Origin: Octopus bimaculoides | Taxonomy: Eukaryota | Assembly (NCBI RefSeq): GCF_001194135.2 | Contig: NC_068981.1 | Location: forward strand, 90,486,052 to 90,550,051 | DNA length: 64,000 bases | Direction: 5' to 3' | Shown here: positions 49,485 through 61,167 of the stretch, in pieces | How the letters are laid out: each line of letters starts with the position of its first letter | Position numbering within the stretch: position 1 is the first letter of the stretch | Notes under the pieces: model-generated | What the model was told of the DNA's origin: nothing | Database searches by the model: none | The model's input: the letters and a program-made list of their open reading frames with translations, nothing else | Program-made: the position numbers and the translations under genes

Positions 49485-52400
49485 TATAAATATACGATGG
49501 GCTTCTTTCAGTTTCCATCTACCAAATCCACTCACAAAGCTTTGGTTGGCCCGAGGCTATAGCAGAAGACACTTGCCCAAGGTGCCACGCAGTGGGACTG
49601 AACCCGGAACCATGTGGTTGGTAAGCAAGCTACTTACCACACAGCCACTCCTGCGCTTATGTAAAAGTCTGCCATCCTATCAATGTTATAACTATACATT
49701 GACACTAAAAAAAAACTTAATTCTAGATCTGTTCAAATTTACACAACGAAGCCTTTTGGCCTAAGTAAATTTTGTTTTATTTTATAACAATCCATTAAAC
49801 CATTCTGCTGTAGTGAAGAGCAAAAAGTGAAACACACTTCAGGGAAATTAAGGGAGATAAAAATGAGTACAAAAAAAAAAACACACTCACCTTGCACAGC
49901 CTTTTGGTGGTTCTCTCAGCATAAATTCTAAATGTAGGGACAACAAAGATGGAAGCATTGGTATAAATGCATTTAAATCTTCAAGCCGTATTGCATGGCA
50001 TCTTCTGAGATGTAAATTTTTCAAGTTTGACCAGCAATTGGTATCTGATAAATGTAAAAGGGGGGGAAAAAAAATTGCATTTTTACACAAATTCAGAAGA
50101 CATCAACTAATATACACAAAAGTATATCTAATTAAAAGCTATCTATAATAAAGTTTATGGGAAGCACTTGAGTTTTTATAATCAATAATCATCTTCATAT
50201 GTTATGCCAACTGGTATGGATTATCATGGACTTCCATGCCCTTCTGTCTCACACTCAATTTAGTATATTATTGGGTTGGTCCTCTTTGAAACCAGATGGT
50301 AAAACCATTAATTACCAGTCATAAAGTTATTTCTTTCTTTGTCTTCTCTGATTTCTTCTTCCTTTCAGTTTCTTGGTTGTCACCAAGTCCTCAAGGTTTT
50401 TCTTTCTTTTCATATGATGTCCAGTGAACTGAGCTTGTTGTTTCTGTATGTTGTCGTGAAGCTTTCTGGTGGTCTTTGCTCATTTGCATAGAACACTTTT
50501 AGGTTTTTATTTAAGAGGCACATCTGTGCAGTATTGATGAGCTTTTGTACTTAGTTTGATAATTCAGGTTACACAACCATATGTTAGGATGGGTTCTATA
50601 TATACTAAGACGCATAAATATTCAGACTTTATATAATACAGGTAACCAATGACAGAAAATCAGCTGAACATTGCTTTGCACTATTAATAAGTACACATAT
50701 GAATGTGTCGAGCAACTATGAATATTAAGACAATTCAATTCATATGCTTCAATTGTTGTTTTTGATATTTGTTATTCAACTGTAGTAAGATTTGAAACCG
50801 AATCGACGAACTGCCAAGTTAAAATCAAGGCTTAGTAACAGCCTTTCATGTGATCAGTTCTGAGTTATAAACCAGCCAGCACTCAGACATCATGTGATGC
50901 ATCTTTCTAGAGGCCTATAAACAGGCATGTTTTTAGCACAAACTTTGCAGTGTGTCAAGGACAGCTGGGCGATAATGCACCTCCACTCTTATCAGGTATA
51001 TCTGCGCAGAGACCAGCCAATTCACTTTCACACATCTCACTTCTTCAGTTTGTGGTCAGTCACAGCTAAGCTAGTCACACTGCTTTTGCTGCTTTTAACA
51101 GTCATTATCATGGCTCTTACTCAACCCAGACATGCCGTAATGGTTCAATGACATGAATCCAGCATGGTGTATTTTCTCCTGTCTTGGCAGCATAACTACA
51201 GAGCCTTGTTCATCAACTATTTGTAAGAGCTAAATAATATTCCTTCCAGCGTGTAAACTTTGTTGTTGCAATTTCTAATTCATGATCAACATGAAAATTA
51301 TTTGTGCAGTGAAATAAAGTTCTGCTAATCATTCACAGATGTATATTCATTATACACAGCCTGAATCCAACACAACTACATCATCTCACATCTTTCATCA
51401 TTTGTCTCTCGTGACAACCATCTATTATGCCACATGACACAACTTTGAATCTTTTCCACCTCCTTTCATAATATTTGCGTAACATGACAATAAAGCTAAA
51501 TTTCACTGAAGATCTTAGATTACATATAAAAACATTGAAAAGAGTTATAAAGTGAAAATGAAATTGTGTTGATGTTCATAGTCTTTTAAAGGACATTGGT
51601 CATTTAAATGAAATGAACCTGCAAATCTGAAAAGCAGCCAACTATTTTAGAACACAAGAGTCTGACATGGACCCAAGTCTGTACAGTATCATATTAACCC
51701 ATTACCTCCCATAATTCTATTAACTGGAATTTTTTTTATGAAACTTTGATTTCTAGCATAAAACAGCCTTAGAAACACGCTGGAATGATCAAAATAACAT
51801 TTCAAAATAATATTTTAAATAGAAATAAGCGAGATTTTGGGTGAAAAATTAGCAAACCTCATTTAAATATCAGAGAAATATACCTAGCAGATATAGCAAA
51901 AAGGTTAGATATGTGTAAATATTGACAGATAATTATGAAATTTGTAATTTTTAAGTGATCTCATATGAGATCACTGGTAGGTAATGGGTTAAGGTGAGCT
52001 TTATGATAACTCAGAACACTGATTTCAAATAAGCTTATCTCACATTATACCCGAATGCTAATGTCAGATTCATTGTGCTTTAAAATATCTTTGAAACTGA
52101 ATGTGAAAAAATTGTGACATTAGAATAATATGAAATCTTTTTTGTTAAATTATGAGAAATAAAAATCAGTGAATAAAAAAAGAAATTCAATTTTAATTCT
52201 ACATTATTGTTGAACTGAAAAACAAAATGATTCACTAAATTAAATTCTAAGATAATTTTAGTTGGTTTCAAAACAATTATAATTTTTGTAAAGATAGATA
52301 AGATGATTTTGTAAGGTTAAAAGCCTTTTCTACTCAACTTCACTCAGTAGCCATAGGGTTCAATAAATTCAAAATATATTCTAATTAATAACCTAACACT

Positions 52401-55378
52401 TTTAAACTCGCAGCCACTGTACCTCTTAACTAAATTAAAAAAATATATTATCACCTGGATGAAACCAAGAAGTTGGGTAATGAAGATGAGGACAATTATA
52501 GATTTCCATATGGCTAACAGATGGAAAACAACGTCCCACTGCCTTCATCCCAATATCTGTGATCATAGCTGGATTTTCTTGTACTTCAACCAGACCTTCT
52601 GTTAGAAGTTCTTCAGCAGTCCATTTACCTAAAAATAATAAGTAAATATAGTTTATGTCTAAAATTAAAATTACAAAGAAATAGAAATGGAGGCATTCTA
52701 AAGAGTATACATATATCATATTTTTTCTGTTATTTCTATTTCTAGCTTGGTAGAATGATTGAATAACAGTACTGTTGGCTTACCTGGTTCAGGGAAAGAG
52801 TCTACAAAACCTAAAGTTAAAGACTTGAAATTTGGGAATGTAACTTCAGCCATAGTGAGGGCAGAGAAGAGGTTGTCCTTTGTTAGAGATGGCTGCACAC
52901 AGAGATCGGTTAGTCTAGAAAGAAGGAGAAAAAGTTATCAAAACATTGAAGAAAATATGTAGGGAAAAAAATGTAAGAAATAAAATATCTTAACAGTTCA
53001 TTACATAATTAATAATGACGTCACCACTTTGTGATCTCGTCCTTAAAGTTCAATGAATCAATTCCAATAGTTGTTGCTTTTTAGCTCTCCATGTCAGCCC
53101 TAGCTGAGCAGGCCTATGATAAAAAGCTATCCTTTAACAACTATCCAATTTTATCTAGGATTATATTATAGAAGGTGTCCTGCTCTTAAGATGTAGGGTG
53201 TGACTTGAAGATTTGGCTGCTACTTCTAGCAGGTCAAGTTATTATGCAATGTCTCCCTCATTGGCTCATCAGTCTCAGTGGTAGAGGACATAGATGTGAC
53301 TACTGAGCACAAGGGCTGGTTTCATAAGAGTCCGAAACAAATGATCATCTGTGCCTAAGTAAACAACAGCTTTCATTTCTTTCAAATTTCTGAAAGTCAA
53401 CCTGAATCATATTCACCAGTGTGTTCTTTATGACAGAACATGATTTGCAGAGCTTTAGCTACTATTTATAGTAGGTTGAGTGAAACATAGAGCCAGTCTT
53501 TCTATCATCAGTAGATATAACATTTCAAAAGTCCATCTTATAGCTGTTTCAATGAGTATCTGAGATGGATTACAAGATGTTATATATCTTTATGTAACAC
53601 TAGTAATTTCATTTGTACAGGAGGTTAAAATACTAAACTACTGACTACATGGTTAAGAGTTCAAACCTTACCATCAAGAATCATTAAATTAAGCTAATGA
53701 GTAAGGTACATAACTTAGAATGTTATGTCTGATAAAAAGAAATTTTAATTCTACTTCACTTTTGGCTAACAAAAAGAAAGCACCTAGTTGTAAAACATAT
53801 TTCCCCAACATTTAAAAATAACCCATCTCATTAAGCATTCACATAAAACAACATTAATTAGTTCTATTACAGTAAACCTATGGCATGGAGGCTAAAGTAG
53901 CAAGGATTCAACGAGCCATATGATTAGCATTCTTACTGAGGCCATTTCATTTTTGTTGCTGAAGATATTGTCCTTAGACTAGAATTACATAATTCATTAA
54001 AGAATCTCTGTCTTTAATGTGGTCTATGTACACTAAAGAAAATAAGGTTATTGAGGAAGATTTAGCTGTTATATTTTGAGTGCCAGAGTGCCTATGTAGA
54101 TGTTCCACTATCAACTTACAACAAGTTGATCAAATGTGGATGGAAGTTTCTAGGGCTGCTCTAGTGTCACTCAGAGAATCGGGGCTGCTAAACACAACAG
54201 CTAGAAAAATTAATAGTTTATGGCATACAAAATCAGGTAAACCTGTACACAATCTCAAGAGGAAAAAAGTAGTCAGTTCATTTAACCAATAAGTTAATAG
54301 AAAATTAAGAAAAGTGAATAAAAAACAGTAAAGAAAGAAAGGTTTCGTACTTTGCTTCACAGGTAATAATTAGAAAACCAAGATCCACTTCCAAAGCATG
54401 TTTACAGGCACCAAATGTAATAGCCTGCAGGTTTCGAAAGCCCTGTACACGCCAACTGTCATCCACAATGTGTTGAATTAGTCCACCTAGGATAAAAATT
54501 ACATAAAAATGTATTAAGATGATATATTTATAAAAGTACAGGTGAGAAGAATATCAAAATTCTCTAACAAATTCAATTTTAGTCCTTTACTAAATAATTA
54601 CCAGTTATTGGTGTTGCAGACAAAACTTCTTGAATGGTATTCAAATCTTTTCAAATGATATTCCTGTGCTATATACATACACACATAAATACATACATAC
54701 ATGTATACACACACCCACACAAATATACACAAACACATATATACACACACACATATATATACACATACACATCTACACACATATACACTTTACACACACA
54801 ATGAGGCAGAAGAGGAAACAGATGCAGTGTGCAAGAGAGATGACTGCACTGGTTTGGCTTGTGATGTGGATGGATGCCAACAGCTCCATAAAGAAGTGCC
54901 AATCTCTCAAAGTAGATGGAACATGTGGAAGTGGGAGACCCAGGAAGGCATTGGACAAAGTGCTGAAAGGGAGCACAGGATGCTGAACTTTTCAGACAAA
55001 ATGACAAAGAACCAAGATGCCTAGCATCTTGCTGTACTCAAGAAGACCCCCCCCCCCATACACCACAGCAGAAGTGCTAAGGCCACTTCCTCTGGTGAAG
55101 AGGATTGGCCTGCAAGAGTCCTGTGCCAGTGCTACGTAAACGTGCTTGTGCGGTGCCACATAAAAGCACCCAACACACTCTGTAAAGTGGTTGGCATGAG
55201 GAAGGGCATCCAGCTGTAGAAACCAGGCCAAGTCAGACTGGAGCCTGGTGCAGCACTCTAGCTTGCCAGCTCTAGTCAAACTGTCTAGCCTATGCCAGCA
55301 TGGACAACAGATGCTTAATGATGATGATGATGACAAATATACACATACATATATACACACATGCATATATGCCCATAT

Positions 55379-55467
<89 letters not shown>

Positions 55468-57660
55468 CATATACATACATATCCATATATATATACATAC
55501 ATACATATACATACGTACACACATATATATAGAAGGAGACAGCCTCAGAGAAATGCAAATTTTGATAGAAAGGATTGGGAAAATTGAGTTCTGGTATGTG
55601 AAATATGGAGGTGATGAAAGAAAGACAGATAGATATATCGAATATGTTTGGATGACAAACAGAATCCAGCTGACAAGATCAGAGGAGCAGAGGCATCTGT
55701 CTAGTGACTGCCAGCAACACACACTTCCATTATTCGCAGAGAAAAAAATTTTGAAAAACATGAAAGAAAAATACTCACCTAGAAATGGCACCCTGAGTAG
55801 CTCCAAACGTTGAAGTGACTTTGCCATAGCCAAAGATGTGATCAGCGGGACATGCCTTAGAGGGTTGATAGGTCCGGCACAATGGGCCATAACAAAAGTC
55901 CGCAGGGAGGGAGCAGCAAAGTCACGAAATGGCTGGTGTTGAGTGAGCCGTACAAATCGTAGATACAGGTGCTTCAAAGTTTGCATACGAGGTAATTCAG
56001 GTATGACAACCCCAGTGAGGTGCAAGGATGTAATCAAAGGATTTGAAAGAAGGGACAGTTTGTTGTTGCAGAAGATTGGGAAGAAACAGTCACGGTTCTT
56101 AAATGTGCCCAAAATTTCAAGCTTGGGGAGGTATTTCAAAATAGCTTCCAACAAGAAAATATCTGAAATTTCGATCCCTTTCAGTTTCGGAGCTGATGAC
56201 ATGGCATGAACGACACCAGGTATACTTAACATATTAACTCCTCGCTGTCTCCGCTGGCCGATGTAATGAGGGTGGAAGCCATAGATGTATTCCAGTTCTG
56301 TACACCGTCCGATTAAGTGAGCAAGAGTTGAGTCATGTATTTTATCTGACATCCAGCCATATATACTACCTTCTGTGAAGTCAACCACTCGTCGCAGGCG
56401 GAGATGAAGATCAACGGCCTAGAAAAGAAAAATGTTTAAAACAAGAAAAAAAAAAAAAAAATCAACTGAAGCATAAAAGGATTTTGTATCACGCCACTCC
56501 CCACTGACTTAACCCTTTAGCATTTCGATTATTCTGTCAAATGTAATGTTTATTCATTCACATTGCCTTGAATTGATCATGTATTATCTTGTAGAGTTGA
56601 GATTTTGACGCTACATTTGTTTACTTTTAGAATAAGAACAACATTGCAGGGTAGTTGTGAGAGGCCTGATCTGGTCAGTTTGAACACAAAACAGGTAGAA
56701 TATTTGGGTCCGCTATGGCAGGTTTGAATATCAAAGTGTTAATAACTATCATTTCTAATATAGGCACAAGGCCAGAAATATGGGAGGAGAGAAAAATCAC
56801 AGTTTGATGATCACTTATTCTGATGACTGCTAGCTTTTCAGTAATTATCTTTCATATAATTTGGTTTCTGTAGTTTATCACCACTTATAACTAAATATTG
56901 ACTGTTGTAAACCTGAAAGACCATAGCTTTTGTGGATAAACACTTGGCATAGGGAAGGTTACTGACCTGGTAGTTTACATTTAATGACCCTGAAAGGATG
57001 AAAAGCAAAGTTGACCTTGGCAGGATTTGAACTCACAATGTAAAGAGCTAGAACAAATTACACTTTGTCTAATGCTCTAATAATTCTGCCAGTCCCACAT
57101 CCTCTCTCCCAACTAACAAAGGCAGAAAGATACAATTAGATTATCTTCAGTACTTAACCAGTAGGGTACCGACACAGAAAGACAAATGTCAACCTTGGCA
57201 GGAATTGAATAAAGGGATGTAACTAAATTCCACAAAACTGTTTTTTCTGCTTCTTTGCTAATCCAATGCTCTTTTCTTGTTGCGGATGCTGCTACTGATG
57301 ATGATGAAGTATAAATAAACTATATCAATGACATTTTTAACTAAATGCTCTCAAAAGATTATTTACCTTATTACTATTTTGCCTTTTATAATAAAGATCT
57401 CTATCCTTCTATATTTGAAATAAACCCTGGTGTTACCGAGAGGTTTCATTGCATGTTAGTTTTCAAGACACAAAACAGTATTTACAAGATTATTACTCTT
57501 TTTGGATAGCAGTCTATTGGAGATTTTGATACGTTTTCAGTACAAAAATTAAGAAATATAGGCGCAGGAGTGGCTGTGTGGTAAGTAGCTTGCTTACCAA
57601 CCACATGGTTCCAGGTTCAGTCATCAATGACTTTTGGGACACCCTGTGTGTGCGTGTGTT

Positions 57661-57707
<47 letters not shown>

Positions 57708-59618
57708 TCAGGTAGATGGCCCTGCTCAGTATGTAGAAAAGGAGTAGGTAGTAACTCTATAAGATGTACCCGGTGCAAGCTATGGACACATAAGAGGTGC
57801 AGCAACATCAAAGGCAGGTTAACTAGCAAGTTAGTTTTTGTTTGTGGCAGATGTTCAGGTGCAATAAAGACTGCAAACAAACAGGAAACAACTTCTATCT
57901 CATTCCAGGGTGAANNNNNNNNNNNNNNNNNNNNNNNNNNNNNNNNNNNNNNNNNNNNNNNNNNNNNNNNNNNNNNNNNNNNNNNNNNNNNNNNNNNNNN
58001 NNNNNNNNNNNNNNNNNNNNNNNNNNNNNNNNNNNNNNNNNNNNNNNNNNNNNNNNNNNNNNNNNNNNNNNNNNNNNNNNNNNNNNNNNNNNNNNNNNNN
58101 NNNNNNNNNNNNNNNNNNNNNNNNNNNNNNNNNNNNNNNNNNNNNNNNNNNNNNNNNNNNNNNNNNNNNNNNNNNNNNNNNNNNNNNNNNNNNNNNNNNN
58201 NNNNNNNNNNNNNNNNNNNNNNNNNNNNNNNNNNNNNNNNNNNNNNNNNNNNNNNNNNNNNNNNNNNNNNNNNNNNNNNNNNNNNNNNNNNNNNNNNNNN
58301 NNNNNNNNNNNNNNNNNNNNNNNNNNNNNNNNNNNNNNNNNNNNNNNNNNNNNNNNNNNNNNNNNNNNNNNNNNNNNNNNNNNNNNNNNNNNNNNNNNNN
58401 NNNNNNNNNNNNNNNNNNNNNNNNNNNNNNNNNNNNNNNNNNNNNNNNNNNNNNNNNNNNNNNNNNNNNNNNNNNNNNNNNNNNNNNNNNNNNNNNNNNN
58501 NNNNNNNNNNNNNNNNNNNNNNNNNNNNNNNNNNNNNNNNNNNNNNNNNNNNNNNNNNNNNNNNNNNNNNNNNNNNNNNNNNNNNNNNNNNNNNNNNNNN
58601 NNNNNNNNNNNNNNNNNNNNNNNNNNNNNNNNNNNNNNNNNNNNNNNNNNNNNNNNAGCGTGGCCGTTTTCGTGCGGGTGACACGTAAAAGCACCCACTA
58701 CACTCTCTGAGTGGTTGGCGTTAGGAAGGGCATCCAGCTGTAGAAACTCTGCCAAATCAGACTGGAGCCTGGTGTTGCCATCCGGTTTCACCAGTCCTCA
58801 GTCAAATCGTCCAACCCATGCTAGCATGGAAAGCGGACGTTAAACGATGATGATGATAAATACATATACAAATATATACCTACACACACATAGATGCCTT
58901 TCTCTTGACACACTGTTCCTACCCCCCCCCCCCCCNNNNNNNNNNNNNNNNNNNNNNNNNNCCCCCTCCTGTATTTCCTCCTCTCTGAACTTTCTTCTAC
59001 ATAGGCAATGAAGGACTCTGCCTGAAACATCTTTATTTATAAACTTTCCATCTAAAACTTTCTTCAAGTGTCAAACTAATAATATTCATTGAGAACATGC
59101 CTTTCACTTCTGTTGTTTTTTTTGTTTTTTAATTCATTTTTGCGATCAATTTGCCTATATAAATACACACACACACAGTTTGTCTAATTTATGTAAACAA
59201 GGAAAAAAGGGACATAAAAGGTATCAACAAACAAATAACACACACATTTCAGACACTATATGTTACATATATGTACACGTTTATACATGCATACACACAA
59301 ACGTGTATGTGTTCAAGGCATTTGGTTTTCCTTTACCTGTTTGATTTTCTTGCTAAGGCATTCCATTTTAAGAACATCACGGAGTGGTAAATAATCCAAA
59401 ATACGGCAGATAATCTCCAAAGATAATTCTGCAAGGTAGTCATCAGGTAAGGGCAGCTGCATTTCATACAAGCTCCGAGATTTGGCTAACAGCTGTAAAC
59501 GTGCACTGCGACGGCGTTGGGGACATTCTGGCATTGGCTGGTCTTCGGCCAGTCCTTGACTGGGAGGTGGGGAAGTAGTAATATCGTCATCAATCTTTAA
59601 TTTTTTGCATGGAGCCAT
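36452..59618 (-). CDS. FBXO38: F-box only protein 38 (MoKA); complement join(59337-59618,55779-56418,54351-54486,52784-52914,52455-52628,49891-50044,48017-48897,43820-45492,42074-42176,40895-41061,38991-39142,37984-38069,37310-37402,36452-36627); 4848 nt, 1615 aa
   Basis: Phase-consistent GT-AG introns. F-box ([30 protein letters not shown]) plus FBXO38-specific motifs: [108 protein letters not shown]. Confidence 0.96.
37310..37402 (-). CDS. FBXO38: FBXO38 exon 13 ([30 protein letters not shown])
   Basis: ttttacag / gtatat; TDIPWL resembles SDFPWL. Confidence 0.85.
37724..37944. mobile_element. piggyBac-like MITE family 1
   Basis: ttaa-ccccttagcatt ... aatgctaaaggg. Confidence 0.8.
37984..38069 (-). 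CDS. FBXO38: FBXO38 exon 12 ([28 protein letters not shown])
   Basis: ttttcttag / gtaaga; phase 2/1. Confidence 0.78.
38575..38595 (-). CDS. FBXO38: Candidate 21-nt FBXO38 microexon (adds R-RTIQTD)
   Basis: Strong pyrimidine tract plus ttttcaag acceptor, CAG|gtagtc donor, symmetric phase 2/2, no stop codon. Confidence 0.45.
38991..39142 (-). CDS. FBXO38: FBXO38 exon 11 ([25 protein letters not shown]...LLPSIN)
   Basis: attatcag / gtaatt; phase 0/2. Confidence 0.8.
39443..39647. mobile_element. piggyBac-like MITE family 2
   Basis: ccctttcgttacc ... ggtatcgaaagag. Confidence 0.78.
40280..40493. mobile_element. piggyBac-like MITE family 1
   Basis: ccctttagcatt / aatgctaaaggg-ttaa. Confidence 0.82.
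40895..41061 (-). CDS. FBXO38: FBXO38 exon 10 ([15 protein letters not shown]...FAQCKKL...LRPMHQ)
   Basis: cttttag / gtaaga. Confidence 0.93.
41752..41958. mobile_element. piggyBac-like MITE family 1
   Basis: TTAA flanks, degenerate TIRs. Confidence 0.75.
42074..42176 (-). CDS. FBXO38: FBXO38 exon 9 ([34 protein letters not shown])
   Basis: tttcgtag / gtaagt; resembles [28 protein letters not shown]. Confidence 0.92.
43193..43577 (+). mobile_element. Full-length SINE family C with 10-bp target-site duplication
   Basis: A box tggctcagtgg, B-box-like gattccc, (CAA)n tail; TSD actaggcaca at 43183-43192 and 43578-43587. Confidence 0.93.
43820..45492 (-). CDS. FBXO38: FBXO38 exon 8 (Ser-rich disordered region ending [24 protein letters not shown])
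   Basis: atttcag / gtgagc; 1673 nt open frame. Confidence 0.9.
45975..46262. repeat. Minisatellite of about 23 bp (ttatgctagagacagaggtagtg) interspersed with (GA)n
   Basis: About 8-9 degenerate units read directly from the sequence. Confidence 0.8.
47055..47274. mobile_element. piggyBac-like MITE family 2
   Basis: Intact TTAA at 47051-47054 and 47275-47278. Confidence 0.85.
47498..47845 (-). mobile_element. Older family B element including the end of the LINE
   Basis: (CAT)n tail, then gtcttctcaagcatagc segment shared with LINE fragments. Confidence 0.7.
48017..48897 (-). CDS. FBXO38: FBXO38 exon 7 (VGLSAGTG... Ala/Pro-rich disordered region)
   Basis: ttttaacag / gtaagt; 881 nt open frame. 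Confidence 0.9.
48930..49132. mobile_element. piggyBac-like MITE family 1
   Basis: TTAA at 48926-48929 and 49133-49136; TIR ccctttag/ctaaaggg. Confidence 0.88.
49247..49657 (-). mobile_element. SINE family A, full length and young
   Basis: Reverse complement of the 13977 copy, CpGs retained. Confidence 0.9.
49891..50044 (-). CDS. FBXO38: FBXO38 exon 6 ([18 protein letters not shown]...REPPKGCAR)
   Basis: ttatcag / gtgagt. Confidence 0.95.
50215..50800 (-). mobile_element. Decayed RTE LINE 3' fragment
   Basis: [22 protein letters not shown]-like motif on the - strand. Confidence 0.55.
52455..52628 (-). CDS. FBXO38: FBXO38 exon 5 (GKWTAEELL...ITDIGMKAV...YNCPHLHYP)
   Basis: tttttag / gtgata. 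Confidence 0.95.
52784..52914 (-). CDS. FBXO38: FBXO38 exon 4 ([27 protein letters not shown]...)
   Basis: ttctag / gtaagc. Confidence 0.95.
54351..54486 (-). CDS. FBXO38: FBXO38 exon 3 ([45 protein letters not shown])
   Basis: atcctag / gtacga; strong similarity; absent from the ORF track. Confidence 0.95.
54800..55332 (+). mobile_element. RTE LINE 3' fragment plus family B 3' UTR
   Basis: VQERxLHWFG...[19 protein letters not shown] coding sequence continuing into the B tail. Confidence 0.8.
55779..56418 (-). CDS. FBXO38: FBXO38 exon 2 ([14 protein letters not shown]...RVPFL), LRR-like region
   Basis: ttttctag / gtgagt; 640 nt. Confidence 0.95.
56513..56738. mobile_element. piggyBac-like MITE family 1
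   Basis: TTAA flanks at 56509 and 56739. Confidence 0.8.
57702..58856 (+). mobile_element. Young 5'-truncated RTE-type LINE (PHD-finger segment of ORF2, assembly gap, 3' UTR equal to family B)
   Basis: 57705-57914 open frame [31 protein letters not shown]...VCGRC; N gap 57915-58656; B tail to 58856. Confidence 0.8.
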
Positions 59619-59650
59619 TTTCACATTAACACACTTTCTTTCCAGCTAGC
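59337..59650 (-). CDS. FBXO38: FBXO38 first coding exon (UTR 59619-59650; ATG at 59618; F-box)
   Basis: ttcacattag acceptor, CAG|gtaaag donor; strong Kozak context aaaATGg. Confidence 0.9.
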
Positions 59651-60391
59651 CTAATGTGAAATTGAACATAAAAGAAAAAAAATTATTTAAAATTTTTATA
59701 AATTGAATACATACACAATTAACATTTCATACTGTGAATAAAATTAATCATTAATAATTAAATAAATTATATTTGACATGAAGGTGCAAGAAACTTTTCC
59801 TAATCCCATTAAATAATTAACTCTGTGGTCAAACCGTCCAACCCATGCTAGCATGGAAAGCGGACGTTAAACGATGGTGATGATGATTTATTATTTTATT
59901 AAACTGTGAGGGTGCATGAGCTAGTGAGATTGTGGTTTTGATTCTTGGAATGAGTGGTGCATTGTGTTCTTGAGTAAAACACTTCATCCCTGCAATCTCT
60001 TTAAAATTTTATGTGTGGCATACCATGCACCTGTACAGGTAATCTCACTTTGATGTAGGGAGTGGGTTAATATGTTGTACAAACATTTGATCTTTATAAA
60101 CAAATCATCTGTGCAGGTTGTCAACAAGAAATTGCAAAACCTTTATCTGTTGTCTACACCGAGAGTCCATAATAGCACAGGAGAAGAAAAATGAGAAAAT
60201 ATAAAATAATAATACTAGTAATTTCTAGCATAAACATAAGGTCACATATTTTAGGCATGGGGATTAGTCACTACTTCAGTATTTGATTACAACAGAACTT
60301 GAACTCAGAACAAATACTGCAAAGTATTTTGTCTGACAAACGGCAATTTGGGGAAGGTGTTAGTTGATATATATATATATATACATACATA

Positions 60392-61167
60392 CTACTAATA
60401 TAAGGATAAAATTTTATTAAAAAATTTTATCAGTGGCCAACATATGAAAAATACCTTTCAAGGTAAAAATTAGAAATACAATTATAAATAAGAGAGAAAG
60501 AAAAATTTTCTTTGCCAATATGCTGAAAAATAGACTTTAGATCATCTAACCATATAAAATATTCACTTATATTATTACACCACGTGTCAAAACGAGGAAA
60601 GCAAGCTAACAGAAATTCATAAAAATATAGTTATCTCCGAATTGGTTCTGATCTCTGGATTAATCTAAAAAGGATTCTTCCTTCATCAGCGAGGAACACA
60701 AAATGGAAATAAATGAAATACTTAGACATACCCATGGAAAAGCAGATGCAAAGTCATGAATACATTTAAGTACCCCAAATATATCCAAATAGAAATTCCA
60801 TAGCAAACCTCGAAACAAGTGTAGTTGGTCAGGAAACACACACAAGTGGTTAACCAGTCCCGAAGTGAATGAGAATTAATTTACTACTAATATAAGGATT
60901 AAATTTTATTAAAACATTTTGCCAGTGACCAGCATATGATAAATACCTTTTAAGGTGAAAATTATAAATACAATTATAAATAAAGGCAAAAGCAAAATTT
61001 TCTTTGCCAATATGCTGAAAAATAGACATTAAATCCTCTAACCACATAAAATATTCACTTAAATTATTACACCATGTGTTGGGAGTGAATATTTCATGTA
61101 GTTAGACGATTTAGCATCTATTTTTCAGTATATTGGCAAAGAAAATTTTTCTATTGCCTTTATTTAT
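60392..61167. repeat. Two copies of an AT-rich element starting actactaatataagg; the second contains a long inverted repeat
   Basis: 60392-60590 resembles 60882-61075; arms 60976-61058 and 61085-61167. Confidence 0.75.

Noticed and set aside
1785-58791. Many long ORFs made of X, YI/IY, HT/TH or VC runs
   Set aside because: Artefacts of N gaps and dinucleotide microsatellites.
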